Source of the DNA: a virus
Taxonomy: Duplodnaviria; Caudoviricetes
Length of the DNA: 64,000 bases
IMG/VR virus record: IMGVR_UViG_3300037310_000564
Location: 16,708-80,707 of that record
Reading direction: 5' to 3' (one strand)
Of the stretch, positions 9,863 to 18,254 are shown piece by piece. The notes beneath the pieces were generated by a model. That model did not search any database. It was given only the letters and a program-made list of their open reading frames with translations, and was not told the origin of the DNA. Position numbers and translations under genes: made by a program. Positions within the stretch are counted from its first letter, which is position 1. Each line of letters starts with the position of its first letter.

Positions 9863-9891
9863 ATTAGATCACAACTCTAACAAAAAGTCAA
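9863..9891 (-). promoter_or_regulatory. sigma70-like promoter
   Basis: TTGACT-N17-TCTAAT on minus strand upstream of 9836. Confidence 0.4.
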
Positions 9892-9932
9892 GTATTTTTT
9901 AATTGGGCTATTGATTAATGTGATGTGTGGAA

Positions 9933-10565
9933 TTAAACTAGTCCGCCGGTGACATCTGAGACTAAATTGCGAGCGGCGTTTGCAAATCCTGCCACCTTAC
10001 CAGTTATGCTGTAGGGCTTAAAGGCTTGGCTGACATAGTGTTGATATGAGATTCCAATAAATTTAGCTGAAATATTAGTGACTTGATTCATTGAGATTTG
10101 AGGGGACACCTCCACAAACATCCCCTTGGAGAAAAAGAGGGATGTCCCTATAGAATCCAACACTTGCATCTCAACCATAGGAGCATGAACAGCGGTGGCC
10201 ATGATGGGTATGAGGTGATCAACCTCAGGTCCTTTGGTGGGGTCCATGAATTTTGACATAGATGCCTGTATCATACAGGTGCCCATGTCTATATCCCATC
10301 CAAAAACGGTATCGATTGTGTGTAATACTGTGGGGTTATAATTAATGGACCACCTAAAGTCCATACAAACAGCGATTGGCTTGCCACCAATCTTTAGCAA
10401 GGATCGAGCTCCGGTGGAATAATAAGGAAGGATTCCTGAGCCCTCATTTAGATGGCTCAGGGGATTTAACATCTTATCTATTTGATCACGGAATTTCTCT
10501 GCCTTGGCTTCATGCCGTCCTGAGCCATACCCGGCTGTTTTTCCTGGTTTTTCAGGCGTAGACAC
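9933..10565 (-). CDS. Tail tube-like protein, paralog 3
   Basis: GTG start after GGAG; YSTGARSLLKIGGKPIAVCMDFRWSINYN aligns with the N-termini of the two adjacent tube paralogs. Confidence 0.6.
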   Translation of the reverse strand: MSTPEKPGKTAGYGSGRHEAKAEKFRDQIDKMLNPLSHLNEGSGILPYYSTGARSLLKIGGKPIAVCMDFRWSINYNPTVLHTIDTVFGWDIDMGTCMIQASMSKFMDPTKGPEVDHLIPIMATAVHAPMVEMQVLDSIGTSLFFSKGMFVEVSPQISMNQVTNISAKFIGISYQHYVSQAFKPYSITGKVAGFANAARNLVSDVTGGLV

Positions 10566-10611
10566 AAAAAACTCCAAAATTAAATAGAAAAGTGAGAAAG
10601 AAAGTCGCAAA

Positions 10612-11268
10612 TTAGCCTTGTCGCGACGTACTATCCATTTTAAATTGTGTATCAGTTGCCCCTAAATGGGTTGCCAACAAGCCTCGGAAATTCATGGGAA
10701 CGTTGACTATTTGCCCCAATGAGATGTTGGCATTTCTGCCCGTAAATCTCACTTTTTGTACCTGCAGCCAACCTACTTCCGTCAAAGCATTATTGGCCAC
10801 ATCCGGAACTTTCATGTTTACCTGAATGTCAAAAGTGCGTGACAACAAAATACTATCTGGATCTAAGTGCCTAAAAAGACTATTTTGGTTCAGGATTGCG
10901 TTCGAAATACCAGATCCGGGGTTTGATCCAGCCAATTCAGTACCAGTAACGTCTGTAAAAGCCGTTTTGGCTGCAGGCGATCCACCAACAGCGGAACTAA
11001 CACGATCCAAGGTGTTGGCGGCATCTGTTGCCGTGGCTGTCAACTCTGCAGCCACCGATGCCGTAATTAGCCTTTGAACTTGCAATGTTCCAGTTATAAC
11101 AGAGAGCATCGTCCTCTCAAGTGTAATTGGTCTATAGGAACCAAACACATATATAGGACGAACCTCAACGTTAACACTAATATTCAATCCTAATGCATAC
11201 GCAACCAGCTTTTGATCAACATAAAGTTTGATACGCGGAGCGGTTGCAAATAATGGGCTTTGAGCCAT
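10612..11268 (-). CDS. Tail tube-like protein, paralog 2
   Basis: FATAPRIKLYVDQKLVAYALGLNISVNVEVRPIYVFGSYRP is a contractile tube-type N-terminus; ATG 11268 after GGGAG. Confidence 0.65.
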   Translation of the reverse strand: MAQSPLFATAPRIKLYVDQKLVAYALGLNISVNVEVRPIYVFGSYRPITLERTMLSVITGTLQVQRLITASVAAELTATATDAANTLDRVSSAVGGSPAAKTAFTDVTGTELAGSNPGSGISNAILNQNSLFRHLDPDSILLSRTFDIQVNMKVPDVANNALTEVGWLQVQKVRFTGRNANISLGQIVNVPMNFRGLLATHLGATDTQFKMDSTSRQG

Positions 11269-11287
11269 GATAAAAAATCTCCCTTTA

Positions 11288-11830
11288 TTAACCGACCTGG
11301 TGGTCGCGTACTTTGATTGCCAAAAATCCAATCTGGTGCTGGACTAACTGAGCTGACTGTATAGACACATTAAAGCTATTAATGACAGCGTCTTCTATAG
11401 TGTATGAAGGCACGGCCGGAACAGGCATTTTTGTAACCGGGTCAAACTTCTTTTCATACACAACAATATCTATTGTCCTAGAAATCATAAACAGAATTGG
11501 ATTAAAACTTCCTGGTAATAACAGGGAGTTACCATCAGACCCATCAGCCCCTTGATTGGCATTGGTGACCCGGGAGGGGCCTAGACCGGTTGCACTGCCA
11601 GCGCCAATGGCATTGGCCGCTCCGGTAGAATAAGCGGTTATAACCAAACTTCCCCTGGCAATGTAACTGAGTGGCTCATCGGCATCGTATGAATAAGAGC
11701 CAATTCCACCAACTTCGCCATGGGCCACATCATCACTAAAATTCAAACTGGTTCCATACGCAAGTATGGTATTTCCCAATTTGATCTCCAGGTTTGATCC
11801 TGAAGAAAAACTGTTAATAAAACCTGCCAC
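11288..11830 (-). CDS. Tail tube protein, paralog 1
   Basis: FSSGSNLEIKLGNTILAYGTSLNFS...VGGIGSY; C-terminal YTIEDAVINSFNVSIQSAQLVQHQIGFLA; 180 aa; GAGGAG RBS before GTG. Confidence 0.7.
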   Translation of the reverse strand: MAGFINSFSSGSNLEIKLGNTILAYGTSLNFSDDVAHGEVGGIGSYSYDADEPLSYIARGSLVITAYSTGAANAIGAGSATGLGPSRVTNANQGADGSDGNSLLLPGSFNPILFMISRTIDIVVYEKKFDPVTKMPVPAVPSYTIEDAVINSFNVSIQSAQLVQHQIGFLAIKVRDHQVG

Positions 11831-11939
11831 TTAAATTCTCCTCTGAGGGTTAGAGAGTACGCCTCACTGGTTGTTTTCATTCCCAACTTGACAAAAAGAT
11901 GGGATTGTGATACCTATATATTTTAACAGAGGAGGTGCC

Positions 11940-12173
11940 ATGAAAAAGGGCGATTTCATAACAACTAGATGTGGGGTTGGTGGAGTGGTGGCCTCTGTAG
12001 CCCCATGGCCGCTTAAATATTTTTTAAAATATCCGGTTAGGGTAACACTGGACTTTATGGGATATGGCACCACATGCAAATACACATTGAATGGAAAATA
12101 TTCAACAAGTGGTTATAACATATCAAGCCTAGATATTATCGAAGTTATCACACCTTCACAAAAATACTATTAA
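11940..12173 (+). CDS. Hypothetical protein
   Basis: ATG 11940 after GGAGG RBS; 77 aa. Confidence 0.6.
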   Translation: MKKGDFITTRCGVGGVVASVAPWPLKYFLKYPVRVTLDFMGYGTTCKYTLNGKYSTSGYNISSLDIIEVITPSQKYY

Positions 12174-12190
12174 AATCAAAAGGATAAGCA

Positions 12191-12688
12191 ATGCATGTCA
12201 TTAAATTTATTAAAACGCAGACCTGCCCATTTGATCAAACCCCAGTCAGAGCCCACGATTCAGATCTGGGATATGACTTGGTGGCTTGCGACATTGATTA
12301 TATAGATGCGTCCGGTATCAGCTACCCATCCTACCAGACAGGGTGTGTTCAGTTGCGAGTCTGTTTTGGGGTTGCAATGGAAATACCTGATTGTTTGGGA
12401 GGTTTTATATTTCCACGATCTTCTATTAAAAACTACCCATTCCTCCTGACTAACTCAGTTGGCGTAATTGATCCACACTATAGAGGCGAAATTAAAGCGT
12501 TTTTTCACATAACCACCCCACAAGCAGAATGTCTTTCCCGCACATTTAATGTTGGCGAAAGATGCGCACAATTGGTATTTTTTGAGCGACCAAAGACACA
12601 AATGGAGCAATGTGACCAATTAACCCCCTCTAAAAGAGGTAGTGGCGGATATGGATCTTCAGGAACTGGGCAAATTACAAGGCAATAA
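12191..12688 (+). CDS. dut: dUTP diphosphatase (trimeric dUTPase)
   Basis: Motifs DLGYDL, PRSS, NSVGVIDPHYRGE, AQLV and RGSGGYGSSG. Confidence 0.95.
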   Translation: MHVIKFIKTQTCPFDQTPVRAHDSDLGYDLVACDIDYIDASGISYPSYQTGCVQLRVCFGVAMEIPDCLGGFIFPRSSIKNYPFLLTNSVGVIDPHYRGEIKAFFHITTPQAECLSRTFNVGERCAQLVFFERPKTQMEQCDQLTPSKRGSGGYGSSGTGQITRQ

Positions 12689-13278
12689 TGATGATTTTTT
12701 TCTCAAGTGATAGTCATTTTTTCCACCATAACATCATTTCTTACTGTGACAGGCCCTTTTCCTCCAAAGAGCATATGAACGAGGTTATGGTCCAAAGATG
12801 GAATGAGAGTATAGGTCCTGACGACACCATTTACTATTTGGGGGATTTTAGCCTGTCATTTATGGCAGTAGAGAAGATTATGCCCAAGCTAAATGGAATC
12901 AAGTACTTAATTCCAGGCAACCATGACCTATGCCATTCTTTCAACAAAAAGAGCCGAAAGCCAGAAAACCTTCTTATGTGGAAACAAAAGTATCAAGACC
13001 ATGGATGGATTGTATTGCCGGAACGTGTAGACATAGACCTGCCTGGTATTGGTAATATTCAAATGTGCCACCACCCTTTTATGGAAAACAATGTGGGTGA
13101 TTTTGTTGACAAATATGCCAAATGGAGACCGCAGGATGATGGTAGGTGGCTATTATGTGGACATATTCATGAGAAATGGCTTACCAAAGGCCGACAGATC
13201 AATGTTGGTGTTGATGTTTGGGACTTCCGACCCGTTAGTTTAACGCAAATAGTCGACATTATTAACTTTTCCTTATAA
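12688..13278 (+). CDS. Calcineurin-like metallophosphoesterase
   Basis: SDSHFFH, YLGDFS, PGNHD, CHHP and CGHIH motifs. Confidence 0.9.
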   Translation: MMIFFSSDSHFFHHNIISYCDRPFSSKEHMNEVMVQRWNESIGPDDTIYYLGDFSLSFMAVEKIMPKLNGIKYLIPGNHDLCHSFNKKSRKPENLLMWKQKYQDHGWIVLPERVDIDLPGIGNIQMCHHPFMENNVGDFVDKYAKWRPQDDGRWLLCGHIHEKWLTKGRQINVGVDVWDFRPVSLTQIVDIINFSL

Positions 13279-13306
13279 ATCTCCCAAAGAAAATCTCCCA
13301 AAGAAA

Positions 13307-13336
13307 AAACCCACCTTTGAGGATTAAGGTGGGTTT
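13307..13336. terminator. Bidirectional intrinsic terminator between convergent genes
   Basis: AAACCCACCTT-N8-AAGGTGGGTTT 11-bp stem; preceded by a duplicated AAATCTCCCAAAGAA. Confidence 0.8.
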
Positions 13337-13361
13337 AAGTAACGAGGAGGTGATCTATTGT

Positions 13362-16166
13362 TTAGATAGAACGAACTGCTTCAACATCGATGGTGATCGC
13401 TTCAAGCGATTCAGCAGGGGTGATCTGCACTTTGGCTTTGTATTGATTACCCAGAGATACCACAGACAGAACTTTGAAAGAAATCAAGGCTCCGGAACTA
13501 ACAAACGCTGACAGGCCAGACTCAATGTCGGTTTGAACCAGGGCAGGGGAAACGTTTGTTGTCCTGCTTCCAATTCTGTTATCCAAAATTGCTTGTAGGG
13601 TGTCGCGAACTTCATCGGTTACAAACAACACACTGGCCCTTTCCCAAACCCATCCTTCTGGATCTAGGGTCCTGGATCTGGTGGTTAGGTCTGGAGACTC
13701 CAACCGAACACCAACTCCGCGAACACTTCGGAATACCAACAAACCAGCCTTAATGGCAGCTTCAAGGTGAGACTGGTCGTCTGGGTTAAAGTCTGGCACT
13801 TGGCTATCACTGAACAAGCTGAGCTGTCCAATGTGATAAGCGCTTGATAAGTTGAATGGTTTTCGGAGCATTGGCTCGCCTAATGCAGCTTGAGCTCGAC
13901 CAGCAGCCATCACACAAGCAGCCATCCAAGGCAAGAAGTTTTTAGCTTCGCCGGCACCATCCAGTGCACTATGTCTCTCAAAGGCCATTTGGCATCTTTC
14001 AAAACCAAGCTCGCCCGCTTTTTGCTGCGCATCATCAAAAGATCCGTCAAAAGATACCATTGCAAATCGATACTTACGCTCAAAGTCGTTGCTGGCAGAC
14101 GCAACGTGGGCCTTAGCAGCAGCATTAATTGAGTCGATGCTGTATGAGCTATCAACATCAGTGAGACCGTCTGCAATGTCATATTGAGCATCACGGCTAA
14201 ACAGAGGCACAACAAACCGAACGTCAATTTTGCTAGCGGCATCCAAACCAGCTTGGACTGAAGCGCTTGAGGTAGAGCCAATAACCGCTCCAGAAAGGAA
14301 TCCGGCAGCAGACTCTGCGTTAGGTAGGCCGGCTTTAAGAACCAAAGTTCCTTCAATGAAGCTTAAGAATCCGGTATTATTGTCGAAAAAGGTCTTCCAG
14401 TCATAATAGTCTTTTTTGAGTTTGCCGTTGTAAGCGGAGGCGGCATGAGCAGAAAGAATGCCTACACCAGAAACCATGTCCAAGACAGTAGTTGGAAGTG
14501 TCTTAAACCGTGAATCCAAAACTCTTGCAAAAACGCCGGATTGTGTATTGAGGAAGTCTGCCAAATCCTGTAGGGTTTTGTATTTTAAGGTTTTTAATGA
14601 AATTGTGGTGCCGGCACCTGTTGGTACGATGGTCATAGTCCTAGTTGCATCGATGCTTACAACGGCAGCGGTTGCACCAGCCAAGTAAAAGCCGATCTCT
14701 AGTGCGGTTTCCCCACCAATTAGAGTGGCTGGGAAAACAGATCCGTCAGTAGAGCGGGAAGCCTCTACTTTTACTTTTCTTTCTGCGGATGAGTCAATTC
14801 GCTTCCCAACAACACTGGAAGATACAAAACCAGGAGCGAAGGTGAGGACATCATCAGCGCCATTGAGGGATACTGAAGTAACCGCTTCGGTAGTTAAGCC
14901 GGTGAAAAGATGGGCCAAAGTTAGAGATTGAGCATTGGCTGCCTCAACCACAAACAACCCAACATTCTTAAGGGTTGCACCTTGAAGTAAAGAACCTCGT
15001 TGAATACGCACAACATCACCAACTTTAGGTACTGACGTCATGGAGCCGCCAGAGAAGGTAACGGCCAATTTGCCAGCTGAAGGTACGGTGGCTGCCACGG
15101 TGGCAACGGCGGCGGTAGCTGAAGATAGGGCTTTAACCAAATCAGCATCGCGCACCAACATTCCAAGGGCAAGCTTGTCGCCGGTATTTTCTGCAATCTC
15201 TAGAGTGGCTGCAGATCCGGTAATAGTAGTAGCGGTAACAGTCAACACCACAGGAGCATTGATTTTAAGGTCAGCGGCTGGAAGTGTAATCCCGGTGAGC
15301 ACCGCTAATGCTACGGCGTTGGCTTCGTTGGCCTTAAGTTGCTTAAGGACAAGAGTGGTGGTAGTGAGGGACACTACAATGAATGATCCGGCGTTTTGGT
15401 TAGATCCGCCAGAGATGGCGAGTGCGGTATCAATCCAGCACACATCGCCGACTTGGATAGAGGAGGTATCAAAAGTGGCAGTGCCTGATGCACGGGTAAT
15501 GGTTAATTGGTCATTAGATACAGCGGTATCAACAGTCATTGGGCCAGAAGTAATAGTGGTCCTGGCAGCTCCACCGGTTACAGAAAGACCGGATACTGCG
15601 CCTAAGGCGGTTACAAAGTCAGAGGCCAACCCTTCGGCGGCAACGGCAAGAGCCCCGGTTACAACGCCATTAACTGACACTCGGAAAGATCGGGCAGAAG
15701 GAGATGGGAGATAAAGCACTGTTTTAGTTGGCTTTGTTTCTGCCTGTCCGTTTTTGATTTGTGATTTAATAAGATTGCCGGCTTCACCATATCGAGCAGC
15801 GGCCAACTTACCAAAATTAGTAGGGGAGGAGATGTCCTTTTCTGCGCGAGTAGAGTTGTTGGTTTTGTAAACAAACAAAGACTCTATTCTGCCAGGAAAT
15901 GCGTTGGATGGTTGGTTGGTAAACATTGCCCTAGCGGCATCAACAATTGGCCCGGCTTTGTAAAAATCACGAACTTCATCAAAGCTAGTAAATGCCATAC
16001 CCCTAAGATCAAGTAATGATCCTGGGACTCCCTCTTCTGCCTCACCCAAAATAACCGCTGATCTTCCCGTAGGTGCTGGATTAGGCAAAGATCCTTGAAC
16101 CTTAAAGGTAGAGTAAACACCAGGAATAACGGCAGCGGCGCCATTAATGTTATAAGACAAGGTCAT
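13362..16166 (-). CDS. Tail sheath protein with large internal insertions
   Basis: N-terminal PGVYS...AVILGEAEEG and C-terminal sheath domain (WERASVLFVTDEVRDTL...IGSRTT...YKAKVQITPAESLEAITIDV); ATG 16166 after GAGGAG; about 934 aa. Confidence 0.9.
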   Translation of the reverse strand: MTLSYNINGAAAVIPGVYSTFKVQGSLPNPAPTGRSAVILGEAEEGVPGSLLDLRGMAFTSFDEVRDFYKAGPIVDAARAMFTNQPSNAFPGRIESLFVYKTNNSTRAEKDISSPTNFGKLAAARYGEAGNLIKSQIKNGQAETKPTKTVLYLPSPSARSFRVSVNGVVTGALAVAAEGLASDFVTALGAVSGLSVTGGAARTTITSGPMTVDTAVSNDQLTITRASGTATFDTSSIQVGDVCWIDTALAISGGSNQNAGSFIVVSLTTTTLVLKQLKANEANAVALAVLTGITLPAADLKINAPVVLTVTATTITGSAATLEIAENTGDKLALGMLVRDADLVKALSSATAAVATVAATVPSAGKLAVTFSGGSMTSVPKVGDVVRIQRGSLLQGATLKNVGLFVVEAANAQSLTLAHLFTGLTTEAVTSVSLNGADDVLTFAPGFVSSSVVGKRIDSSAERKVKVEASRSTDGSVFPATLIGGETALEIGFYLAGATAAVVSIDATRTMTIVPTGAGTTISLKTLKYKTLQDLADFLNTQSGVFARVLDSRFKTLPTTVLDMVSGVGILSAHAASAYNGKLKKDYYDWKTFFDNNTGFLSFIEGTLVLKAGLPNAESAAGFLSGAVIGSTSSASVQAGLDAASKIDVRFVVPLFSRDAQYDIADGLTDVDSSYSIDSINAAAKAHVASASNDFERKYRFAMVSFDGSFDDAQQKAGELGFERCQMAFERHSALDGAGEAKNFLPWMAACVMAAGRAQAALGEPMLRKPFNLSSAYHIGQLSLFSDSQVPDFNPDDQSHLEAAIKAGLLVFRSVRGVGVRLESPDLTTRSRTLDPEGWVWERASVLFVTDEVRDTLQAILDNRIGSRTTNVSPALVQTDIESGLSAFVSSGALISFKVLSVVSLGNQYKAKVQITPAESLEAITIDVEAVRSI

Positions 16167-16212
16167 AAAAAATATCTCCTCAAAACGGACTAAATAACCA
16201 AATGTCTGTTGA

Positions 16213-16263
16213 ATTTTACCATGTATGAAAAAAAAAGACAGCAACCCGTTATGAATTTTATCA
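16213..16263 (-). promoter_or_regulatory. Two TGNTAAAAT motifs upstream of sheath
   Basis: TGGTAAAAT (16213-16221) and TGATAAAAT (16255-16263) on minus strand. Confidence 0.5.
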
Positions 16264-16416
16264 TTTTTGTAATGTCCTGATTTTATTGAAAACTATTTAA
16301 TTGAAGGAAAGGGCCTAATAAAGTAAAATAAACAATGATGTTTTGTCTTTTTTCAGTAAAAATAATATCTTAAGAAATACATCGCACAAAACCAACAAAC
16401 AACACAGGGACTGAGT

Positions 16417-17154
16417 ATGGCAAGGATAAATAAGGATCGGATTGATAGGTTTTTCGATTATAGCTTAGATAGCGACAGCAGGACAATATATTTGGGATGT
16501 GCGGCTTACTGCGATTCAGGAGATGGTAATGGCGTTGACTTCTATATGACAGAGCGTTTAATTAAAGGACTTCATTTGCTGGAATCAGCAGCTCCCAACG
16601 GAGACCAGCCCATTACCATTATTGCAAATAGTCCTGGAGGCTCATGGTTTCATGGAATGGCCCAGTATGGTGCAATAAAGAATTGTCGAAACCAGGTCAT
16701 TATTAAAATGTATGGCCATGCAATGAGTATGGGTTCTATTATTCCCCAGGCTGCGGACGAGCGCCTTATTGATGCCAATGCCTCCTTCATGATCCATTAT
16801 GGAAGCGATGCTTTTCATGGCCACTCAAAAATAATGTCCAAGGTGGGCGATATTGGCAAAAAAATCAACCACATGATGGAAAACATCTATCTTGACCGTA
16901 TGATGGAAAAGGATGAAGAAATGACACAAGCGGGGTTTCCAGACCATATGGAGATTACGCTGTCCGAAATCATTCATCACCAACAAGAGATGGATTATCC
17001 AAAACCCCCCAAGCCCAAGTATCGACTCTCAAAAGAGCCGACTAAAAGACGAGAAGAAGTTAGAAAAATACTAAAAGAATTGCTCAATTTTGACAGTTAC
17101 TTAAGTGCTCAAGAGGCTGTCGACCTTGGTTTTGCGGACGAAATTATATTGTAG
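16417..17154 (+). CDS. clpP: ClpP-like serine protease
   Basis: SRTIYL, ITIIANSPGGS, AMSMGS (Ser), FMIHYG (His), DSYLSAQEAVDLGFADEI (Asp region); about 50-aa insertion before the Asp. Confidence 0.9.
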   Translation: MARINKDRIDRFFDYSLDSDSRTIYLGCAAYCDSGDGNGVDFYMTERLIKGLHLLESAAPNGDQPITIIANSPGGSWFHGMAQYGAIKNCRNQVIIKMYGHAMSMGSIIPQAADERLIDANASFMIHYGSDAFHGHSKIMSKVGDIGKKINHMMENIYLDRMMEKDEEMTQAGFPDHMEITLSEIIHHQQEMDYPKPPKPKYRLSKEPTKRREEVRKILKELLNFDSYLSAQEAVDLGFADEIIL

Positions 17155-17157
17155 TTT

Positions 17158-17355
17158 ATGATGGATCAAATATCACCACCCAAAGACCTACAAAAAGCAC
17201 TAGAGGCTATCGATCAACTCCCTGACGACTGGTTTGGTAATGAAGAGGCTAGTTTCGAAGATCTCCTTGATATTTTTGACATTTCCACGCCACAGCACTA
17301 TTTTGATGGCGATGTGTTGGTTTCCGACTCACTATCGGAAGACGACGGAGCATAA
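17158..17355 (+). CDS. Small acidic hypothetical protein
   Basis: 65 aa directly after clpP; overlaps the 3' end of the convergent gene. Confidence 0.45.
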   Translation: MMDQISPPKDLQKALEAIDQLPDDWFGNEEASFEDLLDIFDISTPQHYFDGDVLVSDSLSEDDGA

Positions 17356-18104
17356 GCCTGAATCACCAATGGGCACTCACTTCCCCTCATCTCCAATAAA
17401 GACCCCTGATCATCCTCTCGCTCAATAATTTTGGTAGTTTTGATTAATTCTTTGTCACAGCGCAAAGATATGACTTTGTGAGCCAAATTGGCCTTGACGG
17501 CAGCGCTACCATACCAATACAAATTGTTATTTAAGAGAGCTAAATAGGCATCAAGACTCATGTTTAGTATTTTTGCCTGCTTGGCCAATAATGGCTTTTC
17601 CACACTTTCAATTATGGATGTTGTATAGGATAGGTATTTTTCATGACCACCAACGGCCACAAGACTAACTCTGTGGTGCATTAGTTCGGAAAACTCCAAT
17701 ACAAACCGATGCTTACATTCCATAAACAAAACAAAGGCAGACGATGCGGCCCGCAAAGCCACGCAAGTAAATTCTTTTCCAGAAGACCTCATGGCCCAAA
17801 TAAGAGAGATTAGTGCATCCAAGTCTCCGCCCGGGGAATCCAAAATCAATAGTGATGGAGAATCAGGATCTAAAATTTGCATCGAAGCATTGCTCAGCTC
17901 TGAAGAGAAAGGCTTTATGTCAGAGACAATACTAATAAAATTGCCTTTTGATAGCTGAATAACATTGTTGGCATCAGGCATAACTGCAGCGGGCTTATTA
18001 ACGACAGGCGTCTCGCCCCCGGCAATAGCAACAACAATATGGAAAACACCAAACACCAGGGTTAACAATAAGAGGCCCATGTGCCAAAAACGATATTTTT
18101 TCAT
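17298..18104 (-). CDS. Second ClpP/crotonase-fold protease with N-terminal TM or signal anchor
   Basis: MKKYRFWHMGLLLLTLVFGVFHIVVAIAG anchor; LILDSPGGD, RAASSAFVLF (Ser), LMHHRV (His). Confidence 0.75.
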   Translation of the reverse strand: MKKYRFWHMGLLLLTLVFGVFHIVVAIAGGETPVVNKPAAVMPDANNVIQLSKGNFISIVSDIKPFSSELSNASMQILDPDSPSLLILDSPGGDLDALISLIWAMRSSGKEFTCVALRAASSAFVLFMECKHRFVLEFSELMHHRVSLVAVGGHEKYLSYTTSIIESVEKPLLAKQAKILNMSLDAYLALLNNNLYWYGSAAVKANLAHKVISLRCDKELIKTTKIIEREDDQGSLLEMRGSECPLVIQAYAPSSSDSESETNTSPSK

Positions 18105-18144
18105 CTTTTGCTCCAACCTATAAAAATACAAAGACTCAATGATA

Positions 18145-18171
18145 TTATCGGCCTTTTTCTAAAAAACTTTA
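18145..18171 (-). promoter_or_regulatory. sigma28/FliA-type promoter
   Basis: TAAAGTTT-N11-GCCGATAA, an exact consensus match, 41 bp before ATG 18104. Confidence 0.85.
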
Positions 18172-18177
18172 GTCAAT

Positions 18178-18205
18178 AAAAAACCCCCTGATATATCAGG
18201 GGGTT
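18178..18205 (-). terminator. Intrinsic terminator after major capsid gene
   Basis: Perfect 24-bp palindrome AACCCCCTGATATATCAGGGGGTT plus a U-tract on minus; second hairpin TCCCGG-N5-CCGGGA at 18222-18238. Confidence 0.85.
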
Positions 18206-18254
18206 AGTATGCCATAATGTATCCCGGTTTTGCCGGGACCTTATTGTGACACTA

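Noticed and set aside
11888-11916. sigma70 promoter at TTGACA 11888
   Set aside because: No acceptable -10 box at 16-18 bp spacing
388-16166. Extracellular contractile injection system or tailocin
   Set aside because: A capsid, scaffold and full replication module are present, so this is a phage
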